From assembly GCA_040437565.1 (NCBI GenBank), contig JBDOQK010000004.1, positions 1 to 64,000 of the forward strand: 64,000 bases of DNA, read 5' to 3'. Below, piece after piece: positions 26,015 through 38,475 of this stretch. Every line of letters starts with the position of its first letter. Position 1 is the stretch's first letter. Made by a program: the position numbers and the translations under genes. The notes under the pieces are model-generated. The model had not been told where the DNA came from. It saw only the letters and a list, made by a program, of their open reading frames with translations, and searched no databases. This DNA comes from Albugo candida. Its lineage: Eukaryota.

Positions 26015-26662
26015 ATGACCCTCAAGATGTTATTTCGGAAATCAAAGAGCGGGTATACGTTTTCAACCCAATCAGTAGCATCTACCCCAGTGGCCGTGGA
26101 ACCTATCAAGACAAACCTAGGAAATCGCGTTTCAGTCGCATCAACAATTCGTACTAGTTTTACATTTCGCGATAACCAGGAAGTGACATCTCCTCGATCT
26201 ATTCAGTCGATTAGCTCCAAAGTGTCTGAGTTGCAGACTTGGATGTACTGGAAGCAAGACCCTTTCCGATCCGAGTCTTGGGTCAAAGTGTTCGCAACGC
26301 TGGAGGGCCAAGTAGTCACAATCATGCAGCAGCAGCATAACGTCCAAATCCCATTGGTAGAAATGACAGTTGCTCGAGTCGAAGTCACTTCTATCGGTGG
26401 ACTTTTGATCTATGATGTTATTGGACGAATCTTCGAGTTTTATTTGTATCAGAATACCGACGATCGCTTTTTCGGATGGTATGAAGCCTTGTTAAATGCG
26501 GCAGAGCAAACAGTAGATGAACTTCCCAGCTATTATTCCGCGGCATCAACCAGTGGTACAGAGATCGAAGATATTGAAATGGAGCAATGCATGCCTTGTT
26601 CCCTATTCCAAAGATTGAGCAGGAAACGCCGTCTACCAAAGCAACAATTTCGATGGAGTTAA
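26015..26662 (+). CDS. Small PH-domain-like protein (paralogue 2)
   Basis: LQTWMYWKQD...WVKVFATLE and GWYEALLNAA align by eye with the neighbouring gene. Confidence 0.7.
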   Translation: MTLKMLFRKSKSGYTFSTQSVASTPVAVEPIKTNLGNRVSVASTIRTSFTFRDNQEVTSPRSIQSISSKVSELQTWMYWKQDPFRSESWVKVFATLEGQVVTIMQQQHNVQIPLVEMTVARVEVTSIGGLLIYDVIGRIFEFYLYQNTDDRFFGWYEALLNAAEQTVDELPSYYSAASTSGTEIEDIEMEQCMPCSLFQRLSRKRRLPKQQFRWS

Positions 26663-27784
26663 AGGTCGGATTATCGGTCAGCGCCACTTGGATATGATTG
26701 TGTGTGTTGGATGAACCAGTGAAACGGGTAAAGAAGTCAGCAGCTTATAAAGTGATTTCATCTTACGTAGTAAGTTGTGTCTTATTCGATATATTACTTG
26801 CATACAGCGATACTACTGTGTGGGGAAAAAGTAACTTATCAATCACACAGTGTACCTGTGTATCTATCTGAAGGCACCCCTTAAGAAACAAAGTATGATG
26901 TTGAAGTTGAATTTGAATTTTTGATTTTCCCTGCGTGTTTTGTTGAAAAACAATCGTGCAGACCTTTGCAACCAGATCCGTAGTACTCTCGCTAGTAGAG
27001 CATGGATATTATTCTGTGAGTTATTGTAGCTCTCTTATGAGGACGTCACTAGACTGCATAGTGAAACTGAGGCAGACGTTTTGCTGATTGAGAAGTGATC
27101 GATACACAGTGATAAGCGTACACGATGGGGTCGAATACAACTTGGTGTCTACAGCAGGGCGGCAGTCCTCAGTCCGTCTAAAGTAATAATCAACAGCTTT
27201 AAAGTATCATCCGACCGGTCAAGCGACCCAGGTAGCCTCTCGAATACATTCTGATATTCAGGCACCTTCACGTCACGTCTAGGTGACTCCGACTCGTGCG
27301 CGTCATTCGAGACTCCACACCGGCTATTGGGACATGTTTCAAATTTTTTAAATTTTCAGAAATTACCGATCTCAATCTCAAAAACAGAATTGTCTCTCCA
27401 TTCTCGATAATATTACCATGGGATCTGTTAGGGGTTCATAGGGCAATCAGAAAAATTCCAAATGTCAGATTTCCAAATGAAAAGCGGCAGATGGATGGAA
27501 ACTGAACTGTATGATTTGCTTCCTTATCAAGCGATCACCACATCTCTCGCACACGATACGCTTCAATCATTGATTGCCGTACGGTATAAGTTACCCGAGT
27601 AATGAATCGCTTCAACCTCGTTTTTACATTTATGTACCACAAATGAATTGGTCTAGGGAAGGTGCATGATAGTCATTTAGAGTCTATCATTTATGATCAC
27701 ATCAAATTAGGTCATTTCAATCCTGATTTCATTTAGTTCGTCAGTTAGAGAGTATCACATTTCAAAAAGAAGTATTCAGTAACC

Positions 27785-29003
27785 ATGCATATGCCAGATC
27801 ACGCAGAATTCGTGAACGCGATCGACAGTCTTCTCGACGAATGTTCAGAATATGGAAAGGGTAATATCAGTAATAAGCTTAGAGAAAGGTATCCAAACTG
27901 GCATTTCGGCGATAAGCGAGGTACAGTTTGCACATTTATATGGTTTCGAGTATCACTTAATCTTGTTACTTGTTTTAGTGGTGAAACATCTCAAAAGTTT
28001 GAAAAATGCACGAAAATCGAGTGGGACAATCAACGAGGGTGACATTACCGTACCAAAGGAACGTGACAGTGCCGATAACCAAGAAGAAGAAGATTATCTC
28101 AACAAGTCTAATACATGTGAAGATGACGGTATTTTCCGGGTCAACAACGCATCTGAAGCGCAATCTGATAATGTCGCTAGTATCAGAAAAGAAGAATCAT
28201 TTTCTTCTGATTCAAAGGTGGAAAGATTTGATGCGAAAGACACAGAAACACAATCGCAATCGTCTCGAACAAATGACGATGCTTTAGAGAGTGCGCTGTT
28301 TGGGGAGATAAGTGTGACACAAACAAATGAGCCAGAAGAGGTGCCGCAGTTAGTAACACTAGAAGACATGAATTTTGATTCGCCGGAACAAGTTGAGACC
28401 GAAAATGACGCTCCAGTGCAAGTGGTGCAGCAGAAGGAAAATGGGCATGCGAATCAAACATGCTCGCAGCTGATCAAGGTCACTTCGAATAACGCGATCT
28501 TGGTTATTGAAGATTTGATGACACAGCCATCCCAAGAAATCTCTGCAGAATCAGGTGATACTGATTCCATCGCCTCGGAAGAATCAGAACCTGATACCAA
28601 AACCGGTATTCTCACTGAGGATGTTAATAATGGGAAGAGCTCTAAGGAGGCAAGCTTTGAGAAAGGCCAAAGCGAATCCCCAGTTGTCGAATCACCCGAT
28701 CAAAACTCCATCGTGAACGTTGAAAAAGAACATGTGGTTGAGGCCAAACAGACATCCCCAAAATTCGAGGAATCACACGCTGTGAAAATCGTAACAGACG
28801 AAGTCTTTGAAGGCGCTTTGACAAAGGACGAGATGGCGGAAAAGGTGTCACAATCGGAAACTGCGATGCCAAAGACACCCAGCAAGGGCGTGGAGATGTA
28901 TGAGGATTCTCGTGTCACCGCCAAACCGAAAAAGAACGCCAGTAAATCGGTACGTGATCGTGAGGCCGAAGTAGACACGATATGCCGCTGTCAGATCATG
29001 TAA
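27785..29003 (+). CDS. Acidic low-complexity protein with small N-terminal helical domain and C-terminal CaaX
   Basis: Exon 1 from 27785 spliced (intron about 27921-27978) into a long E/S/D-rich ORF ending ICRCQIM*. Confidence 0.7.
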
Positions 29004-29086
29004 GACTTCGTGACGTCGTTCGGTGAGATGCGATTGTCGTTTGAAAGACTTGGAAACACTTTTTTTATCGGTAGTTTGCATACGCT

Positions 29087-31162
29087 TCAGTTTTTGTTTA
29101 TCGGAAGAATATATGCATTGGAATGTCCACTTGCAATGGCGCGTACGCCTTTCACGTCGGAAGAAGGCTGGAGACCCCAATGGAACACTTGACCGTCTTT
29201 ACATAACGCAGTTGTGTGTCGTCCACCACAAACAACGTCTTTGACGCTCTCTAGAGACTCTTGTGTCGCTGGATTTTGACTGCTTACAACACAAGGTGAT
29301 ACTTTGGAAGCTTTTGCTTCATGACCCTGCGAGAAAACGTCAGATACGACGCGGGAATGTCAATGATAGCTGTACCAGCTGCCCGTCTTGATTCCATCCC
29401 CAAGTGTAGAGATCGCCAGAGGAAGTGCATGCTAAAGAAAACAGATGAAGCAGATGCATTGAATGTCACGAGAAAGGTTACCGGCTGTATGCCACATGCC
29501 ACAAGCGACTGTTTTGATGCGGAGAGGGGATCCTTGATGGTCAAATATTCCATCAAAAGCCTCGATTCGAGTGAGTTCATGTCGATTTTCAGTGGTTCCG
29601 TGTCCGAGCTGATGGTACAGCCCCCAACCGAAGGTGTAAAGTTGACCAAACTCCAGCGATATCGCAGCTGAATGCGCGTATCCTGCAGCAATGAGCTGGA
29701 TTGGTTGTGACTCGGTTCTTTCGACTAATTGTGGAGTCTGTACGCTTTTGATATCGCGGAACGCTTCGCCGAGTCCTAATTCACCATACCAGTTTCGTCC
29801 CCAAGTCCAAAGTCGATGACTTTGATCGAGTAACATTGAGTGTCCAAAGCCGGCAGATACTTGAATGACAGCGACTGGCAGGGCGACGAGATTGGGAGTA
29901 AAGACGCAATTTGGTAGTTTGTTGTTGGATTTTGGATCTGGCGGAAATGGACCGACTTGGCCGTACGTATTCGATCCCCATGCATACAAGAATCCTGACT
30001 ACGTGAAAAATGAGAAAGAGCAGTGAAAATACCTTTGTCGATGACCGCCAGTACGTGATGCCAGCCACAAGCGACACGTTGCCATCGGAGTAAAGATGAC
30101 GGGAAAAGCACGTGTGGTTTCGCACATATTACTTGATACTCTTCATTCATTGTAGATCCTTGAATTCCATCCTCTGCACCAAGTNNNNNNNNNNNNNNNN
30201 NNNNNNNNNNNNNNNNNNNNNNNNNNNNNNNNNNNNNNNNNNNNNNNNNNNNNNNNNNNNNNNNNNNNNNNNNNNNNNNNNNNNGCGGAGAGGGGATCCT
30301 TGATGGTCAAATATTCCATCAAAAGCCTCGATTCGAGTGAGTTCATGTCGATTTTCAGTGGTTCCGTGTCCGAGCTGATGGTACAGCCCCCAACCGAAGG
30401 TGTAAAGTTGACCAAACTCCAGCGATATCGCAGCTGAATGCGCGTATCCTGCAGCAATGAGCTGGATTGGTTGTGACTCGGTTCTTTCGACTAATTGTGG
30501 AGTCTGTACGCTTTTGATATCGCGGAACGCTTCGCCGAGTCCTAATTCACCATACCAGTTTCGTCCCCAAGTCCAAAGTCGATGACTTTGATCGAGTAAC
30601 ATTGAGTGTCCAAAGCCGGCAGATACTTGAATGACAGCGACTGGCAGGGCGACGAGATTGGGAGTAAAGACGCAATTTGGTAGTTTGTTGTTGGATTTTG
30701 GATCTGGCGGAAATGGACCGACTTGGCCGTACGTATTCGATCCCCATGCATACAAGAATCCTGACTACGTGAAAAATGAGAAAGAGCAGTGAAAATACCT
30801 TTGTCGATGACCGCCAGTACGTGATGCCAGCCACAAGCGACACGTTGCCATCGGAGTAAAGATGACGGGAAAAGCACGTGTGGTTTCGCACATATTACTT
30901 GATACTCTTCATTCATTGTAGATCCTTGAATTCCATCCTCTGCACCAAGTTCGCCGTAAAACGCACTACCCCATCCAATTAATTGATTCGTGTCATTCAT
31001 TGCGATACAAAATGTCTCTCCACCGCATATTTGAGTGATAAACGAGATTTGGATGCCTGAATGTCGCTTACGCTTTGAGCCCGTTCCTTCCAAACTTTTC
31101 GACTTATCTTCGTTCAGATCCGTACCAAACGAAGTCTGACCAATAGATCGCCATCGCATCAT
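29087..31162 (-). CDS. RCC1-repeat protein, multi-exon
   Basis: Repeats ACGWHHVLAV, AWGSNTYGQVG, SAGFGHSM, TWGRNWYGELG, AAGYAHSA, ACGMWHTA and CGGRHTTA; 666-bp artefactual duplication around gap 30185-30284. Confidence 0.9.
29519..30950. repeat. 666-bp direct duplication flanking a 100-N gap (assembly overlap)
   Basis: 29519-30184 matches 30285-30950; both copies abut the gap. Confidence 0.9.
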
Positions 31163-31218
31163 GATACTACCGATCCGATACCACGGTTACCGATCATTTA
31201 AAGGGAGAACACCTGAGT

Positions 31219-32073
31219 ATGAGCCATTGCCACGACGAACATAAAGACGTTGGTCATGACCACGATCACGACCACGATCACGACCACGATCAGAATGATG
31301 GAAGTGGAGACTCGTTGTACCCATACATTGATACCACCAAATTAGAAGTGGAGAACGCGACAGATCCATCGGCATGGACAAATCCTTTCAAGCCTTTTCA
31401 TGAACGTCATGATCGCACTCGACCAATACAGAGCCATTTTGCAGATCCAGAATTGATTATTCACATTCCGTAAGTGAAAGAATACATCCGTATTCCATCT
31501 GATTTCCGTGCTTGTAGATTCACTGAAGTTGTTGATATAAAGTCTATATGTATTCTCGGCGGGGAAGAAGGCACTCACCCAAAAGATATAAAGCTGTACG
31601 ACTCCAAGTATACACTTTAATTGGTTCTCATTCGTGGTCCCATTGCAGCTTTATCAATCGTGATGATATTGACTTTTTGAGTGCCCATGAGCTTCCTCCA
31701 CAACAAACGCTGCGGCTAAGCGAAGATTACCAAATGGAGATTGATTATCCATTGCAGTAAGCTGTCGTTTGATGCGTTTCAATTGGACTATTGCATACTG
31801 TGCTCTATAGAGCTCGAAAGTTCCAAGGAGTGAGTAATATCACTTTGTTCGTCGAACAAACGTGGGCAGAGGGCCATTGCACCATTCATTACATTGGATT
31901 GAAGGGCGTGAGCAAAAAGGTGGGACTTTGGTAGATATTCCGTTCTCATGTGATTGCTTAATAATGTGCTGGTGTAGTGGCGACGTGGAGTGGTTGAAGC
32001 GGTGTACGAGAGCAGACCGATGCATTCGGAGCACAAAGTGGATAATACGACCACACCCACCGCACTTGCTTGA
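31219..32073 (+). CDS. PITHD1: PITH domain-containing protein, multi-exon
   Basis: His-rich N-terminus; SLYPYID, PFKPFHER, DPELIIHIPF, FINRDDIDF, ARKFQGVSNITLF and RRGVVEAVYESRP. Confidence 0.9.
31255..31290 (+). repeat. (CAYGAY)6 coding microsatellite giving (HD)6
   Basis: catgaccacgatcacgaccacgatcacgaccacgat. Confidence 0.9.
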
Positions 32074-32107
32074 TCGTGTTTATTTGAGAGCAGTTTAACA
32101 TATTTGA

Positions 32108-33898
32108 TCAATGGATTGCTTTATTGAAGGAATCCGTTTGCTGCAGCTCTAACAATTCTTGTTCTAAGACTTGGGCTTTTTTCTGTTCCACATCACAACG
32201 CTGTTTAAACTTGACCACGATAGCCTGCAAGTCGTCCAAAACAAATGCGTCTTCGCTGTCACTCTCACGAGCCGTAATGTCATCGTTATTTCTTCCTTCT
32301 TTATCTTCTTTCTCTTCCATTGAGCTTGACATCGATCCAGATGACACAAACAAACTCCGTCGAGTATTTGATTCCCGAATTTGTTCTCCGTTCGACGACT
32401 CTTTCATCGGTGAGGCAGACGAAGCGACTGATTCCACTTCATCCTGCTTTGTGATTTCTTGGGAGGCCTCTGATGCCAATCTACAACTCCCATCTCCATC
32501 ACATGATATCTGCTCACTGATGAAAGACTCCCAATTGACAAAATTGATCTGACTCTCAACGCTGTGATTGGAGCTTGGAGCTACAACGTCATATGCACGG
32601 AACAATCCCAACATTTCCGAATTAGAGGCCCCACTGCGCCATAAAGCATCTTCCTCTTCTGTCACATTCTCCATGATAGATGACTCGTCTGCAGCGCTCT
32701 TCTGTACGACACTTGACGTCTTTACGGGTATTGGGTGATCTTGATTCGATAACTGAATGGCAGCATTCTCTAAAGTTTCCTCTTGTCCCTTATCTTTTTT
32801 CGAATTTTGGAGCACAATTAATTCCTTTTGTAATTTATCAATTGCTTGTAATAATTCCGTCTCCCGCGACGTTTTCTCTTCACGCAATTTTACAATAACA
32901 CTTTTGTATTCGGCTCGAACTTGCTCCAAATCTTTCGACTGAATAAGATCCAATTCCGAGTGAAGTGCTTCGACCTCTCCCAGTGCGGCCGTATGCTTTA
33001 GCGATTGCGCATCCAATTCATCTGTCAGTTGCTTTACCGTTTTTTGGCTTTTACGCAATTTTTCGAGCGCTTCGTCTCGTTCTTTAATCGTAACACAGAG
33101 CCCGTGATCCAATGCGTTTACTCTCTGCTGTGTGACATCTTTTTCCAGGGTCAGTGTTTCCAATTTTTTCTCAAAACGCTCTTTTTCCGATCGTTTGTCA
33201 GACTCAAAATTGCTTAATGTTTTCTCTGTTTGATACAATTTCCGCTCTAAATTCGACTGCAAAATGGACCGCTGGAGAATCTGCTTTTCAAGGTTTTGCG
33301 TGTGTTTGCGTTGCGCCTCTAATTTGCTGTCTGCTTCGCGCTGTGTATGGCGCAAAGAAACGCGCAATTCATTTTGAAGCTTTTCGAAATGAGCAAGTTG
33401 AAGTTGAAGTTGCTGGACATCGGCGCGACATTCGTGCAACTTCTCCCCGCGCAATGTAGCCATCGACGGGTTTACGTCCATCACATGATGGTTATTCTTT
33501 TTGCAGCATGTGTGCCACACGAAATGGACATTAGTACCCCCAGGGGTACGATGCTTGGATCCTTGCTTTCCATGCAGTAAATCATTTCGTTCCTTTACCA
33601 CTTGAGCCGCATACCGTTCAAGAAATAGCTTTCTTTCTTCTTCTTGTGCGACATTTCGCGTCAGCGTTGTGACATGCTTTTTCAATATGTCCAAATCTTG
33701 CTCCAAACCAGTTGTATACAGTCGCAAATGAGAAGTCATTGTTTCCATTTCTGTATACTTTGGAACGATGTTGAGCACATACATGAGTAACCGTTGTGGA
33801 TCGGAGGACGGAGGAATTGGAGGAAGCTCGTTGAACTCAAACGCCAGCTCCAATTCTTCATTTTCATCATTCAATTCAGTTTTGGTGTCCATTTCCAT
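32108..33898 (-). CDS. Intronless 596-aa coiled-coil protein
   Basis: Long ORF, E/K/L/Q-rich heptads, Ser-rich tail. Confidence 0.85.
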   Translation of the reverse strand: MEMDTKTELNDENEELELAFEFNELPPIPPSSDPQRLLMYVLNIVPKYTEMETMTSHLRLYTTGLEQDLDILKKHVTTLTRNVAQEEERKLFLERYAAQVVKERNDLLHGKQGSKHRTPGGTNVHFVWHTCCKKNNHHVMDVNPSMATLRGEKLHECRADVQQLQLQLAHFEKLQNELRVSLRHTQREADSKLEAQRKHTQNLEKQILQRSILQSNLERKLYQTEKTLSNFESDKRSEKERFEKKLETLTLEKDVTQQRVNALDHGLCVTIKERDEALEKLRKSQKTVKQLTDELDAQSLKHTAALGEVEALHSELDLIQSKDLEQVRAEYKSVIVKLREEKTSRETELLQAIDKLQKELIVLQNSKKDKGQEETLENAAIQLSNQDHPIPVKTSSVVQKSAADESSIMENVTEEEDALWRSGASNSEMLGLFRAYDVVAPSSNHSVESQINFVNWESFISEQISCDGDGSCRLASEASQEITKQDEVESVASSASPMKESSNGEQIRESNTRRSLFVSSGSMSSSMEEKEDKEGRNNDDITARESDSEDAFVLDDLQAIVVKFKQRCDVEQKKAQVLEQELLELQQTDSFNKAIH

Positions 33899-33978
33899 TG
33901 CAGCATTACAATATCACGATTCAAAATTAAAAAATTGAATTGTACAATTCATCATCAAGACCATCACTCGACACAAAA

Positions 33979-35887
33979 ATGGAAGACCCCGCGCGCGTCA
34001 ACGACATTTCCTGCAACGTACGCAAAATGCAAGCGCGCAAAGCGCTATTGACCGACGATATGGACGATAACGACACATCCTTCCCTATTTCGGCGGAGCG
34101 TATCCGCCCACAGCTCCGCTGCAACGCGTGTTGGGAACGAATTCTCTCCAGCACACACTCTGCGCAAACATGTTATCGGACATACTGCAGTCACCTCTTT
34201 TGCGTACGCTATCAATTTAGACGCTAAGGAACCCACATCACCATAGCGACCTACAGGAAAAGTGCGCGTACAAACATTTCGGCGGGGGTCAATTGGTGTG
34301 TCCTGCGTGTCACTCAGGTGCGTCCTACATGTCAGGAGGATTCACTCAGCTCATTATCCCTCAAAAGATATGAGGTATAGTACCATTATTTGAGTGTGAG
34401 GGAAAATCATGACGTGTTTGGGAATGGAATTCATAAGTCGGAACGGAATCAGTGAAACGTACGTGAGGAGCGAGTCAAGAATACTGAAAATACGAAGAAA
34501 TGAATGATGTAGGACGATTCGAAGTGCAGCAGATCCAAAGGTTCGAAATCGACGTATTATCTGGCGATATGAATCGTGACGCAGTGTCCGTAGCGAAGGG
34601 AGGCAAGTAGTAGTGCAACTGGTTACGATGATGTGACAGGAGATGCAGGTGATATGGGAAGAGATGATGGCCGATCCGACAGCGTGTTTTCGTAAGTGGA
34701 TAACCTCATGTGCAGTAAAGTGGTCCTCAAAAGTGTTCATCAGAATCTTTTCAGCAATCGCTTGGTAAAGTGAAGTACTTTTGGCTGGCTTATTATTGAG
34801 AAAGGGTCACATTTGGATGTAGACTTCATTATGGTATCAATGTGAGGGACTGACGTTGGGATGCAATTTCAATGGAATTCGCTTGTAGTTTCAGCTCGCA
34901 CAAGATGCATATCGGTGTGGATGTAGTATCAATTTGTAATCGATTTGTGTACCCAATGATGATCCGTGTAGACAAGAACAGAATCGACGGCATATGAGTA
35001 CTATTTTTGCTGTATTAGGTGATTGTCATAGCTCTGATGGAGGAAGTAGTCGAGGATCAAAAGAATTTCGAGGCTCAGCATGGGGAAAAGTACATACAAC
35101 TGAAGAATTATACTGACCAGATAGAAGCTGAGCTCGGAGAAATCCGATCGAAAATGGAGTCATTGACATCATCAAATGAGGAATTACGCGAGGTCTCAAG
35201 CTATCCGTCTGATTTATGATATTGATTACATTGCTGGCAGGCGTATCGAGAAAAAGCTCGAAAGTGTAGAAATTGGGAAAAGATGGTATTTATAGTCGAA
35301 TTTTTGGCGTAAATAGTGCTCATTCAGAACGTGTCTAGTGCAAAGCACTTAAAGCTCAACATACGACACGCGGGGCACCATCTCCATCAAGCTCCTCGGC
35401 ATCTATGGGTCATACAATCAGACCAGAATCCAATGCTTACGGAACACTACCGGCTCAATTTGCTCGTTCCATATCTCGACCACTTTCATACACATCTGAG
35501 AAATCTCCTGGTATGCTACTTAGGCCTCAGGTGGCGCCTCTGAGGCGACCGGAAACACCCAATATTGTTCGACAAAGACCAAATCGGCCGATTTTAGAGC
35601 GTGTTCCAAGAACAAATTCGGGTTGGTAGTACACATTTCGTGATACTATATTGGTTCACTTGTAACGTGCGCTCAGCTTATCAACAACCTCACTCAGTCC
35701 CGATTTCAAGACCACACGTAGTTCGTCCAAAGACACCGATACAATTGACCCAACGAAGTGCTTTTGTCCAAAAGCGGTACGTGATCATCGACACGTCACT
35801 CCGTCATACAAAACACGAAACTAAAGGCTCGTTTTCAAGTCCAATCTTCTGAATGCAAAACTCCAAAAGTACACGAAAATCAAGTAG
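33979..35887 (+). CDS. HEI10: HEI10/Zip3-family meiotic RING E3 ligase, about 15 exons
   Basis: Spliced RING LRCNACWERI...CSHLFCEKC...CPAC resembles plant HEI10 MRCNACW; coiled coil then AYREKARKCRNWEKM; Pro/Arg-rich tail; start (33979 or 34060) and stop (35852 or 35887) uncertain. Confidence 0.72.
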
Positions 35888-36098
35888 GAAGAAAAGATGA
35901 GAAAGAATTCGATTGATTTGACTTTATTTACCATTTTCGCAATTATCGCGTTACAATACTCTCATCGTTCTACTTATCAGTCGGTCAATTTTGACGGATA
36001 CGATCTGAGCGTGAATTATAGCTTTACGGAATGGTTGAAGATTCTACAAGCAACGATAAATACACAGTTCTTTGGAAGAATACAATGAATTCGGGTTT

Positions 36099-36861
36099 CT
36101 ATACCGCAAAAACTGGGTTGCCAATATGACAAAGAAGTGATGTCACTCCTTGTGATCGAATCTCTGCGACTGTTGCCTTCAATGCGGACAATTCTTCGAG
36201 GATAGCGTCTTTCAACGATGCGATTCTACACTGTTCTACTTGCAAACACGCTCCAATCTCATTCACGATGGACTCCAAACTCTCCAATTGCTGCATCATC
36301 AATTCACCATCACCGCGAGCTTGGAAACTCACTTTCACATCTACAAAATCACATCACAATCGATCCGGTCGCAGCCTTAAGACAGGACTCACCATCATCT
36401 CGCTCTTCCTTCCATTCCAAGTCCGCAGTATCCCGTCTCACTGAAGAATCACTATAGACCACAATCAGATACATTGGCTCAATATCGCGATGGAATCACT
36501 TCTACCTGGAAGCGATGGTATCTCGACCCGACCACCAAGTCTCGGTGCACTCTTTACAATCGGCGTTGCTCCGCCATGAGATCCGCGCTTGCAATCTATC
36601 CGCACACGAAGTGGTCAAGCTTGATGGACGATAGTGTGGAGATTGCCGATGAGCTTGTGGTCGCTTCATTGCTACGCCGTAATGACCCAATTCATGCAGA
36701 GTCATTCTTCTCTCTTTATGTTTTGTGGCACGATCCTTCTTTACACCAAGTGATCTTGCTAAATTAGGATCTTGAATTCGGACCAATTTGTGTGCGATGG
36801 AATCATTGCGTCGACATTTTGTCTCTTCATAGAGATTCACTGTTTTCAGCGTCAGTGTCAT
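36099..36861 (-). CDS. Hypothetical multi-exon protein
   Basis: ORFs 36502-36861 and 36099-36338 with GT/AG-bounded segments between; short coiled coil at the C-terminus. Confidence 0.45.
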
Positions 36862-37141
36862 GGAATGCTCCGAAACAAAAGTGATAGAAGCGACAGGATG
36901 AAGAAGTGTGCATGATTACGGGGGGACACGTGGGTGGGTGATGCACTTGCCACGTTTATAGTGCCAGCGCGGAGGGTACAGAGAGCGGTTCAAAGACCAC
37001 TGAGAAAAAAGAACCGAATGGATGTCACGGTCGTTCATGTATAAAGTAGCACTGCGATGTATAGGACTCTGTATGTAACGCGATTAAACGATCGAACGGT
37101 TGAAGAGATTCGTTGTGTGGCACGTTAAATTAGTTTTTACA

Positions 37142-38462
37142 ATGGTGCTAAGCAACAAAGCACTCACTGGCATCGCCACTTACCGATACAAACCGTGAGC
37201 GTATTTTCTATCCCATCTTTACGTGTATCGCTGACTATGACTTATAGCGGGACCTACACACTTTTGGATAATTTATTGAGTCCATTCTGGACTCGATGTG
37301 TGTCATTCTTTCCACTTTGGATGGCGCCCAATTTGATCACCTTATTGGGAACTTGCACTCTGTTCCTAACAACTGCCATCCAGCTAATTTATTCTCCCCA
37401 CTTTTCAGAGACACCTCCTCGATGGATTCCTATGGCTGCAGCCTCGGGCTTGTTCATCTACCAGACACTGGACGCACTGGACGGAAAACAAGCGCGTCGA
37501 ACCGGATCGTCATCGCCTTTGGGTCAGCTGTTTGATCACGGTACCGTACCTCTCTAAAACCTACCTATCCTAATAGTATGTGGCAGGATGCGACGCTGTT
37601 TGTACACTATTTACAGCACTCAGTGCCGCGGCAACGGTGCAATACGGCGGAGGCTTTGGCACATTTTTCCTTCTTTCTTCACTCTGCATCACATTTTACC
37701 TCGCACAATGGGAAGAGTATCACACAGGCATTATGACTTGTGGAAATGGCGTTATCGGAGTCACGGAGGGACAATTTCTGCTCATTGGAGTACATTTGAT
37801 CGCAGTGGTCTTTGGGAACAATTTGTATACCCATCCGTTATTCCATTCCGAGCGAATCGGAATTGTGACGCCGGCAACAGCTCTCCTCACAGGTCTTATT
37901 GCCAGTAACATTCTCCTTGTGCTCGGTAATATCACTCGTGTGCTGAAAAACGATCAACGCATCCCGGCCGATGAAATGGGGCACAAACACGTGTCCAAAT
38001 TTTTGGCTTGTGTCCAGCTCATTCCCGTCGTACTCGTATCCATTTCCAGTTGGCTGTGGATTTCAGGGCCGAGCGAAGCAGAGTATCGTGCTTTTCCATT
38101 ACTTTTTCTTGGTCCAATTGGCATTTTGTATGTTCTTTTATCGGTATGTTCCTTCCACGTTGCCGATTCGGATGATTTGAGATCGTAGATGTCTTTAGAC
38201 TCGAATGATTGTCAGTCATATGTGCAAAGTCCCCTTTCCATCTCAATTGCGTGTGCTTCTTCCTGTGGTTTTGGTGACAATGAATGCACACTTTCCGCGA
38301 TGGATTGGCCGCTCAGAGTCGTGGATCCATCCGATGGTGGCAACGATCAGTTTTGGAGCGTTCATGTTGGCGGTCTACACGCACTACGTCTACCATGTCG
38401 TGACGGAAATTTGTGGCCATCTTGGGATTCACGCTTTCAAGATAAAAGCCCGAAAAGAGTGA
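37142..38462 (+). CDS. CEPT1: Choline/ethanolamine phosphotransferase (CDP-alcohol phosphotransferase, CEPT/AAPT), three introns
   Basis: PLWMAPNLITL; signature [41 protein letters not shown]; multiple TM segments. Confidence 0.93.
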
Positions 38463-38475
38463 TGCAAATACACTT

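Noticed and set aside
29432-30950. Two RCC1 genes in tandem
   Set aside because: One gene; the 666-bp identical overlap lies either side of the gap
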